The notes under the pieces: model-generated
What the model was told of the DNA's origin: nothing
The model's input: the letters and a program-made list of their open reading frames with translations, nothing else
Databases searched by the model: none
Shown here: positions 8,489-18,851 of the stretch, piece after piece
Layout of the letters: each line of letters begins with the position of its first letter
Position numbering within the stretch: position 1 is the first letter of the stretch
Program-made: the position numbers and the translations under genes
Origin: Faecalibaculum rodentium
GTDB taxonomy: Bacteria > Bacillota_I > Bacilli_A > Erysipelotrichales > Erysipelotrichaceae
Assembly: GCF_001564455.1 (NCBI RefSeq)
Contig: NZ_CP011391.1
Coordinates: 990,001-1,022,000, forward strand
Length of the DNA: 32,000 bases
Reading direction: 5' to 3'

Positions 8489-9535
8489 ATGAAACGGATC
8501 ACGATATACGATGTGGCCAAGGAGGCGGATGTATCCCTGGCAACGGTGAGCCGGGTCATCAATGACAGCAATGTTGTGCGGGAAGACACCCGTCAGCGGG
8601 TACAGGAGGCAATTGAAAAGCTTGGCTACAAGCCCAATGCCATCGCCCAGGGACTAGCATTGTCAAAGACCACGACCATTTCCATCGTCATGAGCGAAAA
8701 CCTGTTTGCCTACAATTCCAGGATCCTGAATGGTCTGATGGATGTGGCAAAGATCTACAATTACAACATCATGTTTCATACGACTTCCAAGGGCATTTCC
8801 CGCATGCAGGATGTCATTGAGTCGATCATCAAATCCAGAGTGGACGGGGTGATTCTCTTCAACGACAACTTCAATGACGAGGAAATGGAAGTGCTCAAGG
8901 AGTACCAGATTCCCATGGTGATCGTGGGTGCCCGGCTCGACCGCAAGCCGGAGGGCAAGGTAGGCAACGTCTACGTCAACTTTGAAAAGCTGGCCTACGA
9001 TCTCGTGAATGAAAGCTTTGACCGGGGCATAGATGACATCACGCTGGTGGAGGACAAGCTCAACCTCAGCATGATGAATCAGCTGCGCCGCGGAATCGAG
9101 AAGGCGTATGAGGAGCACGGAAAGGAATTCAAGGGGTATATCGGCTATGATGATTCCTACAAGAGTTCCTACAATTTCCTGACGGATTATTACAAGGACA
9201 AAAAACCGAGCCGGCTTGTGATCACCTTCCGGGATTCTCAGGCCATTGCCGTTCGGAATGCAGCCAACGAAGCCGGATGGAAATCCATGGAAGACTATGA
9301 AGTCATTTCCATTCTGGATTCCAAGTATCTTGCCATGGTCCGCCCGCCGATCAACTCCTACATTCTTCCGGAATATGACATGGGGGCCATTGCCATGCGT
9401 CTGCTGACGAAGATGCTGGTCAACGATCCGTCGGTTCAGGAAGACCGGGAAATCGAAATCGAATATTCGCCCATGATCCGGGAAAAGGACAAAACGGGCG
9501 AGACGGAAAAAGTGACGTTTGAGGCAGTCAGCTGA
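8489..9535 (+). CDS. ccpA: LacI-family transcriptional regulator, probably catabolite control protein A
   Basis: The N-terminal HTH ITIYDVAKEADVSLATVSRVINDSNVVREDTRQRVQEAIEKLGYKPNAIAQGLA closely parallels B. subtilis CcpA as I recall it. Proximity to ytxG-like genes matches Bacillus. The LacI family call is certain; CcpA identity is an inference. Confidence 0.7.
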   Translation: MKRITIYDVAKEADVSLATVSRVINDSNVVREDTRQRVQEAIEKLGYKPNAIAQGLALSKTTTISIVMSENLFAYNSRILNGLMDVAKIYNYNIMFHTTSKGISRMQDVIESIIKSRVDGVILFNDNFNDEEMEVLKEYQIPMVIVGARLDRKPEGKVGNVYVNFEKLAYDLVNESFDRGIDDITLVEDKLNLSMMNQLRRGIEKAYEEHGKEFKGYIGYDDSYKSSYNFLTDYYKDKKPSRLVITFRDSQAIAVRNAANEAGWKSMEDYEVISILDSKYLAMVRPPINSYILPEYDMGAIAMRLLTKMLVNDPSVQEDREIEIEYSPMIREKDKTGETEKVTFEAVS

Positions 9536-9545
9536 CCGCCTGCAG

Positions 9546-9571
9546 GGAGCCGAATACCCGGCTCCTTTTTG
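9546..9571 (+). terminator. ccpA intrinsic terminator
   Basis: GGAGCCG-N6-CGGCTCC is followed by TTTTTGCTT. Confidence 0.75.
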
Positions 9572-9645
9572 CTTGTGTCTGCCATCTGATGACCGGACAG
9601 TGCGGTAGCCGGCAATCTGTACCACCGCTCTGGCAGACATCCGGT

Positions 9646-9675
9646 TTGCCACTGCCTGCAGACGGCGACTATAAT
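9646..9675 (+). promoter_or_regulatory. sigma-A-type promoter TTGCCA-N18-TATAAT directly abutting the ybeY start codon
   Basis: The -35 TTGCCA is at 9646-9651 and the -10 TATAAT at 9670-9675. The ATG at 9682 lies 6 nt after the -10 and has no SD. Confidence 0.5.
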
Positions 9676-9681
9676 GTGTCC

Positions 9682-10137
9682 ATGGAAATGATTTACACAG
9701 ACCAGTCCGAAACGGGGTTTCTGGACCAGTATCTGCCGCTGTATGAAGCCATTGCGGAAAAGACAGCCGCCACTCTCGCGCTCGCTGAAGAGTATCAGCT
9801 GGGTGTAGTGGCCATAACACCGGACCAGATTCACCTGATCAACCGGGACTACAGGAATGTGGACCGTCCGACGGATGTGATCAGTTTCGCTCTGCAGGAC
9901 GATCCTGATGGATTCCGGATCCCGGGGGAGCCTGTTGAACTGGGGGATATTTTCATCAATGTGGAAGCCGTGAAGAACCAGGCCCGCGACTATGGACACA
10001 GCGAGAAACGCGAGGCCGGATTTCTGTTCTGTCATGGTCTGCTGCATCTTCTGGGGTATGATCACATGAAGCCGGAGGATGAGTCGGTCATGTTCGGTCT
10101 GCAGAAGGAGATCCTGCATGGGCTGGCTGATCAGTAG
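9682..10137 (+). CDS. ybeY: rRNA maturation endoribonuclease YbeY
   Basis: It has the metal-binding motif HGLLHLLGYDH, plus DVISFAL and GDIFIN. The start is set at the ATG at 9682; the ORF-track start at 9589 adds 31 non-conserved-looking residues that run through the promoter. Confidence 0.85.
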   Translation: MEMIYTDQSETGFLDQYLPLYEAIAEKTAATLALAEEYQLGVVAITPDQIHLINRDYRNVDRPTDVISFALQDDPDGFRIPGEPVELGDIFINVEAVKNQARDYGHSEKREAGFLFCHGLLHLLGYDHMKPEDESVMFGLQKEILHGLADQ

Positions 10138-10480
10138 GTTCCGCTACGCCGGCCGGGGATTTCGAAACGGTGCATTCACGGACCGAAGCATTCGCCTGCA
10201 GCTGCTGCTGGGTCTGGCTGCCTGTGCAGCGGCCTGGTGGCTTGGCTGCTCCTGGCAGGAGTGGCTGTGGATCCTGCTGTCCATTGCACTGGTGGTCAGC
10301 GGCGAAATCTTCAATTCCTGCATCGAGAAGACCATCGACTATATTTCTTTGAAACGCGATCCCCGCGCCGCACTGATCAAGGATCTGGCTGCCGCCGGGG
10401 TTTCCGTGCTTTGTCTGTTTGCAGCCCTGACCGGCTGCTTCATATTTGTACCCAAGATTCTGGAGGTGTTTGCATCATGA
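10118..10480 (+). CDS. dgkA: diacylglycerol/undecaprenol kinase, DgkA family
   Basis: The product is a 120-aa polytopic membrane protein with EIFNSCIEKTIDYIS and ALIKDLAAAGV motifs. The ATG at 10118 overlaps the ybeY end by 20 nt. Confidence 0.8.
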   Translation: MGWLISRFRYAGRGFRNGAFTDRSIRLQLLLGLAACAAAWWLGCSWQEWLWILLSIALVVSGEIFNSCIEKTIDYISLKRDPRAALIKDLAAAGVSVLCLFAALTGCFIFVPKILEVFAS

Positions 10481-11370
10481 CTCACAAGTCAGGCTTTATA
10501 GCCATCATCGGCCGGCCGAATGCCGGGAAATCCACATTGCTGAACGCACTGCTGGGGACCAAGGTCGCCATCAGTTCCAACAAGCCCAATACAACGCGAA
10601 ACAACATTGCCGGGATCCTGACAGAGCCGGATACACAGTTTGTGTTTCTGGATACGCCGGGGATACACAAACCGCAGCAGCAGCTCGGACGCGTGCTGAA
10701 TAAAAACGCCTACAACGCCATGGATGATGCAGATGCGGTCGCCTGGATCATTGATGTGACACAGAATTTTGGGCCGGGGGATGAATTTGTCCTGGACCGG
10801 ATCAGGAACCTGCACAAACCGGTGATTCTCCTGGTGAACAAAGTGGACCTTGTCCCGAAGGAGAAACTCCTGCGGAAGCTGCTGGACTGGCAGGAGAAGT
10901 TCGAGTTCAGTGACATCGTGCCTGTGTCGGCCAAAGACGGTGAAAACCTGGGGGAGCTCAAGGAGGTTTTCCGCAAGTATCTGCCGGAAGGTCCGTCGCT
11001 GTATCCCGAGGAAATGATCTCGGATCACGACCTGGCTTTCCAGCTGTGTGAGATCGTCCGTGAAAAGATCCTGTGGCGAACCCATGAAGAAATCCCGCAT
11101 TCGGTCGCCGTGGTCCTGGAAAAAAGCGAGGAACGCGGTCGGAAGCTGATCCTGTCATTTGTGATCATTGTGGACCGCAACTCGCAGAAGGGGATCCTGA
11201 TCGGCAAAGGGGGAGACATGATACGGTCGATCCGGCTGGCTGCCCAGACCGAAATCAAGAACCGGCTGAACCGCCCGGTGGATCTGGAACTGTATGTCCG
11301 CGTGGAACCCAACTGGCGGAACAAGGAAGCCAAGATCAAGGAGTTCGGGATCGATCTGCAGAATGAGTGA
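10477..11370 (+). CDS. era: GTPase Era
   Basis: It has G1 GRPNAGKST, G3 DTPG, G4 NKVD and a C-terminal KH domain (IIVDRNSQKGILIGKGG). The ATG at 10477 forms an ATGA overlap with the dgkA stop. The ORF track extends 80 aa upstream through dgkA. Confidence 0.92.
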   Translation: MTHKSGFIAIIGRPNAGKSTLLNALLGTKVAISSNKPNTTRNNIAGILTEPDTQFVFLDTPGIHKPQQQLGRVLNKNAYNAMDDADAVAWIIDVTQNFGPGDEFVLDRIRNLHKPVILLVNKVDLVPKEKLLRKLLDWQEKFEFSDIVPVSAKDGENLGELKEVFRKYLPEGPSLYPEEMISDHDLAFQLCEIVREKILWRTHEEIPHSVAVVLEKSEERGRKLILSFVIIVDRNSQKGILIGKGGDMIRSIRLAAQTEIKNRLNRPVDLELYVRVEPNWRNKEAKIKEFGIDLQNE

Positions 11371-11406
11371 GTGCTCCCGGCTGGCAATGGCAGGGAGTAA
11401 CCGGTC

Positions 11407-12198
11407 ATGAGCCGGCAGATGCTCAGGGGCCTGGTCCTGGAAACCAGAGACCACGGAGAGCGGGATGCTGTGGTGACGATTGCCCTTCGGGAGGAACTGG
11501 TCCGGGTATTCGCCCGGGGGGTGCAGCGGGAGACATCGAAGAACCGCCGGCTGTGTCTGCCGTTTGAAGAGGTGGAAATCGAAACGGAGCAAAGCGGGAC
11601 CGGGATGTTCCGTCTGATTCACGGATCCCTGGTTGCGGAATACAGCCGCATCGGGGAGGATCTGCGCATGCAGGCAGTCTGCCTGGCGGTCAATGAGGCC
11701 ATCCTCCATGCCCAGATGCATCCTGCTCTGTATGAAAGGCTGGAGCAGTTATGGAAAAGCTGTGAAGCAAGGGATGCAGACTGGATGGGAAGGGCTGCAC
11801 TGGTTATGACGATGCTTCTTCGCCAGGAGGGGATTTCTCCCCAGGTGGACGGCTGTGCAATTTGTGGTTCGGTATCCGATATCTGTACCATGGATGTGGA
11901 CAACGCCGGATTTCTGTGCGTTCGCCATGGCAAAGGCAGATCCCGCTGGCCGGCTGACCGGTTGCGGAGAATGCGTCATGCGGTGAAGGTTCCGGCCGGT
12001 CAGGAAGCAGCCGTCTCTCTGACGGGATTCACCCTGGAGGATATCCGGTTTCTCGTTCACTGGTTTTCCCGGTACAGTCACACCAGTCTTGCCGGGGAAC
12101 GGTTTCTGGATTCTGTGGCCAGGCTCTATCCTGAGAACGGATCTGGAACGGCCGATCCGTTGAAAGTGCCGGATACGGATGACACTGACAGTATCTGA
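11407..12198 (+). CDS. recO: DNA repair protein RecO
   Basis: The ORF is 263 aa with an OB-fold N-terminus and the zinc-finger-like CAICGS...FLCVRH. Its position after era matches Bacillus. Confidence 0.85.
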   Translation: MSRQMLRGLVLETRDHGERDAVVTIALREELVRVFARGVQRETSKNRRLCLPFEEVEIETEQSGTGMFRLIHGSLVAEYSRIGEDLRMQAVCLAVNEAILHAQMHPALYERLEQLWKSCEARDADWMGRAALVMTMLLRQEGISPQVDGCAICGSVSDICTMDVDNAGFLCVRHGKGRSRWPADRLRRMRHAVKVPAGQEAAVSLTGFTLEDIRFLVHWFSRYSHTSLAGERFLDSVARLYPENGSGTADPLKVPDTDDTDSI

Positions 12199-12230
12199 CA
12201 CGAAGGTTCATGCAAAAATCCGCCATCTTG

Positions 12231-12259
12231 ACGGTCTCCTCTCGGAGACCGTTGTTTTT
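12231..12259 (+). terminator. recO intrinsic terminator
   Basis: ACGGTCTCC-TCTC-GGAGACCGT is followed by TGTTTTT. Confidence 0.75.
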
Positions 12260-12260
12260 G

Positions 12261-12269
12261 TGGTACAAT
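12261..12269 (+). promoter_or_regulatory. extended -10 promoter element TGgTACAAT for glyQS
   Basis: It lies immediately after the recO terminator, about 66 nt upstream of the glyQS ATG. Confidence 0.5.
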
Positions 12270-12335
12270 GGTCTATGTCTATCCTTGCGCTTTTTTGAAA
12301 ACGGACAGCAGGGGAATAGAGAAAGAGGAGAGTAT

Positions 12336-13721
12336 ATGAGCCAGAAAAACTTCAACGAAGTCGTATCACACATGAAGAATTACGGATTCGTCTTCCAGGG
12401 AAGCGAAATTTACGGCGGCCTGGCCAACACCTGGGATTTTGCGCCGCTGGGGGTGGAGCTCAAGAACAATATCAAAAATGCCTGGTGGAAACGGTTCATC
12501 ACGGAGCAGAAAGAAAACGTCGGACTCCAGTCTGCCATTCTGATGAACCCCAGTGTCTGGGTGGCCAGCGGACATGTCGGCGGTTTTTCCGACCCTCTGA
12601 TGGACTGCCGGAAGTGCAAGACCCGGTACCGGGCCGACAACCTGATCGAAGAGGTCAGCCATGGCGAAGTGAACCCGGCCGGGTGGAGCAATGAAGAAAT
12701 GGAAACCTATATCCGGGAGCACGAAATTGCCTGTCCGGGATGCGGAGCAAGGGATTTCACCCCGATCCGTCAGTTCAACCTGATGTTCAAGACATTCCAG
12801 GGCGTAACGGAAGATGCGAAAAACGAGATCTATCTGCGTCCGGAAACTGCACAGGGCATCTTCGTGAATTTCCGCAATGTCCAGCGTGCCATGCGTAAGA
12901 AGCTGCCGTTCGGCATCGGCCAGATCGGCAAGTCATTCCGGAACGAGATCACACCGGGCAACTTCATTTTCCGGACACGGGAATTCGAGCAGATGGAGCT
13001 GGAATTCTTCTGCAAGCCGGGAACGGACCTGGAGTGGTTTGACTATTACTGCAAAACCTGTGTGAAGTTCCTGGAGGATCTGGGGCTGACATCCGACCGG
13101 CTGCGCCTGCGGGCTCATGACCCGGAAGAACTTGCCCACTATTCCAACGGAACCAGCGACATCGAGTTTTATTTTGGAGATCCCATTGGCTGGGGTGAAC
13201 TCTGGGGCATTGCCGACCGTACCGACTTTGACCTGAAGGCGCACCAGGATCACTCGAAACAGAGCCTGGAGTACTTTGATCCGGAAACAAACGAAAAATA
13301 CCTGCCGTATGTCATTGAACCGTCTGTGGGTGTGGAACGTCTGATCCTCGCTGTCATGAGCCAGGCGCTTGAAGACGAGAAGATCTCGGATACAGACACC
13401 CGGCTCGTACTGCGCCTCAAACCGTGTCTGGCACCATACAAGGCAGCTGTGCTGCCGCTGTCCAAAAAGCTGTCAGCTCAGGCCAATGAAATTTTCGAAG
13501 GTCTCTGCAGGGAGTTCCCTGTAACGTATGATGAGGCACAGTCCATCGGAAAGCGGTACCGCCGGCAGGATGCAATTGGCACACCGTTCTGCGTGACGGT
13601 GGATTTCGACACCGAAAAAGACGGTTGTGTCACGATTCGTGAGCGCGACAGCATGGAACAGGTCCGGGTGCCTGTCACGCAGCTCGCTTCCTGGATCGGC
13701 GAACGCTGCCGGTTTGAATAG
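12336..13721 (+). CDS. glyQS: glycine--tRNA ligase (homodimeric GlyQS type)
   Basis: The ORF is 461 aa. The N-terminus [34 protein letters not shown] is characteristic, and class II motifs are present. The SD AGAGGAG precedes the ATG at 12336. The ORF-track start at 12210 lies inside the terminator/promoter region. Confidence 0.92.
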   Translation: MSQKNFNEVVSHMKNYGFVFQGSEIYGGLANTWDFAPLGVELKNNIKNAWWKRFITEQKENVGLQSAILMNPSVWVASGHVGGFSDPLMDCRKCKTRYRADNLIEEVSHGEVNPAGWSNEEMETYIREHEIACPGCGARDFTPIRQFNLMFKTFQGVTEDAKNEIYLRPETAQGIFVNFRNVQRAMRKKLPFGIGQIGKSFRNEITPGNFIFRTREFEQMELEFFCKPGTDLEWFDYYCKTCVKFLEDLGLTSDRLRLRAHDPEELAHYSNGTSDIEFYFGDPIGWGELWGIADRTDFDLKAHQDHSKQSLEYFDPETNEKYLPYVIEPSVGVERLILAVMSQALEDEKISDTDTRLVLRLKPCLAPYKAAVLPLSKKLSAQANEIFEGLCREFPVTYDEAQSIGKRYRRQDAIGTPFCVTVDFDTEKDGCVTIRERDSMEQVRVPVTQLASWIGERCRFE

Positions 13722-13732
13722 TCCACAGTTCT

Positions 13733-15484
13733 GTGCCTGTATTTTCTGAAGACACCATCCGCCAGGTGCGGGCGCGCACAGATATCGTGGATGTGATTTC
13801 ACAATATGTGAGTCTGGAAAAGCACGGAAAGGAATTCAAGGGAATCTGTCCCTTTCATGATGATCATGATCCTTCCATGTCGGTGAGCCCCGACAAGCAG
13901 ATCTTCAAATGCTTTGTCTGCGGAGCCGGCGGCAATGTCTTTTCCTTCCTGCAGAAAATCGAGCAGATCACGTTTCCAGAAGCTGTGACCCGGGCGGCGG
14001 CCATGGCGGGCATCGACCTGAAGCTTCCGCAAAGCACCGGGGTCAGTCCCAATCAGCAGGCCTGGAACTGTCTGCAGTCCTTTACAGACTATGCCCGGTA
14101 CTTTCTGGACAGCCAGGAAGGAGAAGCCGCAAAGGAGTATTGCAGGAAACGGAAACTGTCCGATGAGATCCTGGAGACCTTTGAAATCGGCTGGGCCCCC
14201 GGCATCCAGAGACAGGACCGGTTCTTTCAGGGAAAGGGCTGGGGCAGGGACATGCTGGTGAAAACAGGGCTGCTGCAGGCGGAGACCGGCCGTCCGGTCT
14301 TCACAGACCGGCTGCTGATTCCCATCCATGACCGTGCCGGTCATCCCGTGGGCTATACGGCGCGGACTCTGGCAGCCGGTGCCGACATTCCCAAATATGT
14401 AAATACCCCGGCAACCCCCTTGTACACCAAGGGGGACCTGGTATTCAATTACCATCGGGCAAAACCCGCTGCCCGGAAAGCCGGGCGGGTGATCCTGGTG
14501 GAAGGGGCCATGGATGTGATCGGGCTTTCCAAAGCCGGCATCCGGGAAGCCGTGGCCAATCTGGGTACAGCCTGTACAGAGACGCAGCTTGAGCTTCTGC
14601 GCCAGCTGCAGGTTCCGGTGCATGTGTTTTACGACAGCGATGCGGCGGGACGGAAAGCTGCCTATCAGTTCGGCAAAAAAGCCATGGCTGCAGGCATTCC
14701 CTTTGTTGTGGTCTCGGCCAGGGGCCTGAAGGACCCGGACGAGATTTTCCAGGAAAAAGGTGCCGAATTTCTGCAGGAGACAGTGGAGCGGACGATTTCC
14801 TTTCCGGAGTTTCTGCTGGACTATCTGGCGGAAACCGGCAATCTGGAGAATTATGAAGAAAAACTGCGGTATGGGGAAGAAGTCTCAGAGGCTGCATGGA
14901 AGCTGCTGAAGGATTTTGAGCAGCCTGCGTTTTTTCAGAAGCTCAGGGACAAAACCGACTTTGATTTCTCTGTCCGCAAACAGGTCCCGACTGTCCGGAG
15001 CAGACCATCGCAGAGACGGAAAGAGAAAGCCCGGCCGCCCCTTCCTGCCGTCCGACAGGGACGGAAACGGGCAGAGGAAGCCGTTCTGCAGGTCATGCTG
15101 TCAAGCAGATCGGCCGCCAGCAGATACCGGGAAGAAGTGGGTTTCTTTGATGACCCTGCATGTCATATCCTGTCACTGTACATCTATGATGCATATCGCC
15201 GTCAGGAGAGTCTGGATCCCCAGTCACTGTTTGACCGGATCGAGGAAGAAGAGGCCCAGGGCCTGCTGGCTGATTTGATGGCCCGGCAGTTGCCGGAGAA
15301 TGCCCAGGCTTTTTTTGACGACAGCCTGGGGGCTGTCAAGGATCATGTACTTGGACAGGAGATAGATTCTGTCAACAAACGCATCCAGGAAACAGATGAC
15401 CTGGAGGAAAAGAGCCGGCTGGCGCAGGAAAAGATGGCACTTGTCATTGCCAGGCACCAGGCCAGGAACCGAAAGGAAGGTTAG
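13733..15484 (+). CDS. dnaG: DNA primase DnaG
   Basis: It has the zinc finger [34 protein letters not shown] and the TOPRIM motif ILVEGAMDV. The GTG start lies 11 nt after the glyQS stop with no SD, so translational coupling is possible. Confidence 0.9.
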   Translation: MPVFSEDTIRQVRARTDIVDVISQYVSLEKHGKEFKGICPFHDDHDPSMSVSPDKQIFKCFVCGAGGNVFSFLQKIEQITFPEAVTRAAAMAGIDLKLPQSTGVSPNQQAWNCLQSFTDYARYFLDSQEGEAAKEYCRKRKLSDEILETFEIGWAPGIQRQDRFFQGKGWGRDMLVKTGLLQAETGRPVFTDRLLIPIHDRAGHPVGYTARTLAAGADIPKYVNTPATPLYTKGDLVFNYHRAKPAARKAGRVILVEGAMDVIGLSKAGIREAVANLGTACTETQLELLRQLQVPVHVFYDSDAAGRKAAYQFGKKAMAAGIPFVVVSARGLKDPDEIFQEKGAEFLQETVERTISFPEFLLDYLAETGNLENYEEKLRYGEEVSEAAWKLLKDFEQPAFFQKLRDKTDFDFSVRKQVPTVRSRPSQRRKEKARPPLPAVRQGRKRAEEAVLQVMLSSRSAASRYREEVGFFDDPACHILSLYIYDAYRRQESLDPQSLFDRIEEEEAQGLLADLMARQLPENAQAFFDDSLGAVKDHVLGQEIDSVNKRIQETDDLEEKSRLAQEKMALVIARHQARNRKEG

Positions 15485-15486
15485 TC

Positions 15487-16731
15487 ATGCCAGCGAAACA
15501 AAACGCTTTGAAAAATAAAAAATTTGCCAGTGTGGAGGATGCCAAGCTGTATCTGGAAGCTATGCGGGATGTCGGACAGGATATCCTGCAGAATGAATTT
15601 ATGGAATCCATCTCCAATCTGCATCTGGATGACGAAGCCACGGACCAGCTCTTCAACTGGTGCGAAGACAACGGCATCAATTTCGTGATGGACAACGATG
15701 AGGAAGACTATGAGTCGGAGGATGCCGATGATCTGGATGAGGATGAAGAGGACGAAAATTCCGTTGAAGATGAAATCAGCCAGCTGGAGCAGACATTTGC
15801 CAATGCCAGTCACACCAAGATCAACGATCCAGTCAAGATGTATCTCAAGGAGATCGGACAGATTCCGCTTCTGAACCCGAAACAGGAACCCGTGATTGCC
15901 AAAGCGATCCAGGATGGAGAAGATGCCCGGGCAAAACTGGCAGCCGAACCGGATCTTTCCGATGAGGAAAAGAAAGAACTGAACCGCATTTCGGTGGAAG
16001 GCGAGCAGGCCAAACAGCTGCTGATCAGCTCCAACCTCCGTCTGGTGGTCTCCATTGCCAAAAAATATGTCGGACGCGGCATGCTCTTTCTGGATCTGAT
16101 CCAGGAGGGCAACTGCGGTCTGATCAAGGCAGTGGAAAAGTTTGACTACACCAAAGGATTCAAGTTTTCCACCTATGCCACATGGTGGATCCGTCAGTCC
16201 ATCACCCGTGCCATTGCGGATCAGGCCCGTACCATCCGGATCCCGGTCCACATGGTGGAAACCATCAACAAGCTGACGCGTATCCAGCGCCAGCTGGTGC
16301 AGGATCTTGGACGGGATCCCCTTCCGGAGGAAATCGCCGAGAAAATGGAAGGCATCAGTGCGGAAAAAGTCCGCGATATCCAGAAAATCGCATTGGATCC
16401 GGTTTCTCTGGAAACTCCGATCGGCGAGGAAGATGACTCGCATCTGGGAGATTTCATTGAGGACAAGGAAACACTCTCCCCGGATGACTATACCAACAAC
16501 CAGCTGCTCAAAGATGAGATCAATGCTGTTCTCCAGGGTCTGACAGAGCGGGAGGAGAAGGTGCTGCGCCTCCGGTTCGGGCTGTATGATGGCAGGACCC
16601 GCACCCTGGAGGAAGTCGGCAAGGAATTCAATGTGACCAGGGAACGGATCCGGCAGATCGAGGCCAAGGCGCTGAGAAAACTGAAGCACCCCAACCGCAG
16701 CAAGCGCCTGAAGGATTTCGTCAAGTCATGA
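15487..16731 (+). CDS. rpoD: primary RNA polymerase sigma factor (SigA/RpoD)
   Basis: Region 2 is [73 protein letters not shown] and region 4 is [27 protein letters not shown]. Confidence 0.95.
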   Translation: MPAKQNALKNKKFASVEDAKLYLEAMRDVGQDILQNEFMESISNLHLDDEATDQLFNWCEDNGINFVMDNDEEDYESEDADDLDEDEEDENSVEDEISQLEQTFANASHTKINDPVKMYLKEIGQIPLLNPKQEPVIAKAIQDGEDARAKLAAEPDLSDEEKKELNRISVEGEQAKQLLISSNLRLVVSIAKKYVGRGMLFLDLIQEGNCGLIKAVEKFDYTKGFKFSTYATWWIRQSITRAIADQARTIRIPVHMVETINKLTRIQRQLVQDLGRDPLPEEIAEKMEGISAEKVRDIQKIALDPVSLETPIGEEDDSHLGDFIEDKETLSPDDYTNNQLLKDEINAVLQGLTEREEKVLRLRFGLYDGRTRTLEEVGKEFNVTRERIRQIEAKALRKLKHPNRSKRLKDFVKS

Positions 16732-17378
16732 GCCGGCGCCTGGAGGTTCTGCTTTCCCGTGTGGAAGGACCTGTGGTGGCTGATATCGGGTGCGATCATG
16801 CCTGGCTGTCAGCCCAGGCAGTCAGGACCGGAAGAGCCTGTCGGGTATATGCCTGCGACGTGGCGCAGGGTCCGCTGAACAGAGCCCGGGAGACGATAGA
16901 AAAAGAAGGGGTGGCAGAGTCTGTCATCCCTCTTTTGTCTGATGGTCTGCAGGCCCTGCCGGAAGCCTGCAGTCAGATCGTCATTGCAGGCATGGGAGCA
17001 GAGACCATTGTATCGATTCTGGAATCCGGTGCCGACAGGCTGGATCCGGACACCAGACTGCTGCTGTCGCCTCACACAAAGGCCTCTGTGCTGCGAGACT
17101 GGCTTGATCACAATGGCTGGAGGATCTGCCGGGAACAGTTTGTCCAGGATCGCGGCCGGTTTTATCCCGTGATGGACGTCTGTCATGCTGACCGGCAGAG
17201 TGGACTTAGACCGGAAGAGCGGCTGTTCGGGGTCCATCCGGTGCAGGATGAGACCTGGCAGCTGTATCTGGCGCAGGAGAAAGAGAAACTGTGCGGGCTG
17301 CTCAAGGCAGTGCCGCCTGCCAGAAAAGCTGATGTGCTGATGAGACTGCAGCTGCTGGAATCCCTGCAGGAGGTCTGA
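16728..17378 (+). CDS. trmK: tRNA (adenine22-N1)-methyltransferase TrmK (YqfN-like)
   Basis: [31 protein letters not shown]...ACDVAQGPL matches the TrmK N-terminal pattern. There is an ATGA overlap with the rpoD stop, and the position after sigA matches B. subtilis. Confidence 0.75.
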   Translation: MSRRLEVLLSRVEGPVVADIGCDHAWLSAQAVRTGRACRVYACDVAQGPLNRARETIEKEGVAESVIPLLSDGLQALPEACSQIVIAGMGAETIVSILESGADRLDPDTRLLLSPHTKASVLRDWLDHNGWRICREQFVQDRGRFYPVMDVCHADRQSGLRPEERLFGVHPVQDETWQLYLAQEKEKLCGLLKAVPPARKADVLMRLQLLESLQEV

Positions 17379-17383
17379 AACGG

Positions 17384-17926
17384 ATGGAACAGACCATGAC
17401 CGTCAACGGGTGGGAGTTTCAGGTGATCACACTTCTGGGACATGGCAAAGGCGGGTACTCCTGGCTGGTCAGCCGTGAGGGGCGGGAGTATGTTCTCAAG
17501 CAGATCCACCATGAACCCTGTGACTACTATGTCTTCGGGGACAAGCTCGAAGCAGAGGAGCGGGATTATCAGCGCCTCCGGAATGCAGGCATTCCGGTTC
17601 CCGGGCTGCTGGATATCGACCGGATACAGGAAAGGATCCTGAAAGAGTACATTCCGGGCAGGACTGTCTGTGACCTTGTGGCCGAAGGTTCTCTGCTACA
17701 GGAGTGTGTCACACAGGTGCAGGCACTGTCGAAGGCCGCCCGGGACGCCGGACTGAACCTGGACTGGTTTCCCACAAATTTCATTCCTTTCGAAAACAGA
17801 CTGTTCTATGTGGATTATGAATGCAATGCCTATATGGAGGAGTGGAGTCTGGAACACTGGGGACTGCGATACTGGACCAGAACTCCGGAGTTTCTGGAGT
17901 ACTGGAAGCAGCACAGCGGAAAATGA
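17384..17926 (+). CDS. hypothetical 180-aa protein with protein-kinase-like motifs (minimal atypical kinase fold)
   Basis: It has a Gly-rich loop (LLGHGKGGYS), a Lys in YVLK, a catalytic-loop-like DWFPTNF and a downstream VDYE. This is a motif reading only. Confidence 0.5.
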   Translation: MEQTMTVNGWEFQVITLLGHGKGGYSWLVSREGREYVLKQIHHEPCDYYVFGDKLEAEERDYQRLRNAGIPVPGLLDIDRIQERILKEYIPGRTVCDLVAEGSLLQECVTQVQALSKAARDAGLNLDWFPTNFIPFENRLFYVDYECNAYMEEWSLEHWGLRYWTRTPEFLEYWKQHSGK

Positions 17927-17952
17927 CAAAAAGCCGGTTCGAGCCGGCTTTT
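17927..17952. terminator. bidirectional intrinsic terminator between convergent genes
   Basis: AAAAAGCCGG-TTCGAG-CCGGCTTTTT has an A tract on one side and a T tract on the other. Confidence 0.7.
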
Positions 17953-17987
17953 TCGGTATCTGGAGCTGTGCAGCGGTCAGTGCCATG

Positions 17988-18851
17988 TTACTGGGCTTCC
18001 AGCAGCCGGATCACTTCATCCACCAGGCGCCCGGGGGTGCTGGCACCGGATGTGACGGCAATTCTCGAGCCGGCCGGGATGATTTCCGGGTGAAGATCTT
18101 CGGCAGATTCTGCCCGGATCACTTGCGGAATGCCGGCTTTTTTTCCCACCGCTTCCAGCTGCCGGGTATTGTTGGACAGCGGATCTCCGATCACGATGAG
18201 GACATCAGTGTCTTTCAAAGCCAGCACCGCTTCCTGCCGCAGTCTTGTGGCACTGCAGATTTCATCGTGAAATTCCGCGTTCGGGTATTGCGAGCGGATC
18301 GCCTCGAACAGATCCTGTATGTCCAGGACCGACATTGTGGTCTGATTCGTCACGAAGACAGGCCGGTCCATTTCGGCGGGTATGTCTTCTTCCTTCGTCA
18401 CAAGATATACCTGATCCGAACTGGTGTAGACTGCTTCGGCCTCCGGATGCCCCTGCTTGCCAATGTAGAAAACCGCATACCCGTCTGCCAGTTTCTTGCG
18501 GACCAGCTTCTGGGTCGAGAGTACAAACGGGCAGCTGGCATCGACTGTGGTCAGACCAAGCCGCTGCGCTTTCATGCGGACATCGTCACTCACGCCATGG
18601 GCGGTAAAGACAACCATCCCGTCGCGGATCTCATCCAGCAGCTCCAGCCGGCTGCGGCCTTTTCCCTCAACGGTGCGGATCCCGGCCGCAGCGAGATCCT
18701 CCATGACAAACCGGTTGTGGACCAGCTCACCCAGAACTGTCACCTTCTCCTCCGGATGGTCCCGACGGACCTGGCGGGCTGTTTCAATGGCTTTTCTCAC
18801 CCCGCCGCAGGCCCCCTGTATTTTTACCCTGACAATGGACTGATACTTCAT
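17988..18851 (-). CDS. ispH: 4-hydroxy-3-methylbut-2-enyl diphosphate reductase IspH (LytB)
   Basis: GACGGVRKAIE...VLGELVHN, HGVS and SSNT-like motifs are present. The start is set at Met10 of the track ORF (MKYQS), which is preceded by GAGGAGG. The coordinate was derived from the ORF-track frame. Confidence 0.88.
   Translation of the reverse strand: MKYQSIVRVKIQGACGGVRKAIETARQVRRDHPEEKVTVLGELVHNRFVMEDLAAAGIRTVEGKGRSRLELLDEIRDGMVVFTAHGVSDDVRMKAQRLGLTTVDASCPFVLSTQKLVRKKLADGYAVFYIGKQGHPEAEAVYTSSDQVYLVTKEEDIPAEMDRPVFVTNQTTMSVLDIQDLFEAIRSQYPNAEFHDEICSATRLRQEAVLALKDTDVLIVIGDPLSNNTRQLEAVGKKAGIPQVIRAESAEDLHPEIIPAGSRIAVTSGASTPGRLVDEVIRLLEAQ

Noticed and set aside
10237-10476. N-terminal extensions given by the ORF track for era (10237), ybeY (9589), glyQS (12210), the PBP (22738), ispG (to 22707), ispH (to 18878), the helicase (18990), tetR (to 28815) and the DUF948-like gene (7300).
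   Set aside because: The extensions run through upstream genes, terminators or promoters. They lack conserved sequence, and better starts with SD or ATGA coupling align with the conserved N-termini.
12293-12308. A cre-like sequence, TTGAAAACGGACAGCA, in the glyQS leader, which could be a CcpA site.
   Set aside because: It mismatches the conserved distal C of the cre consensus (WTGNAANCGNWNNCW) and lacks dyad symmetry, so it is probably chance.
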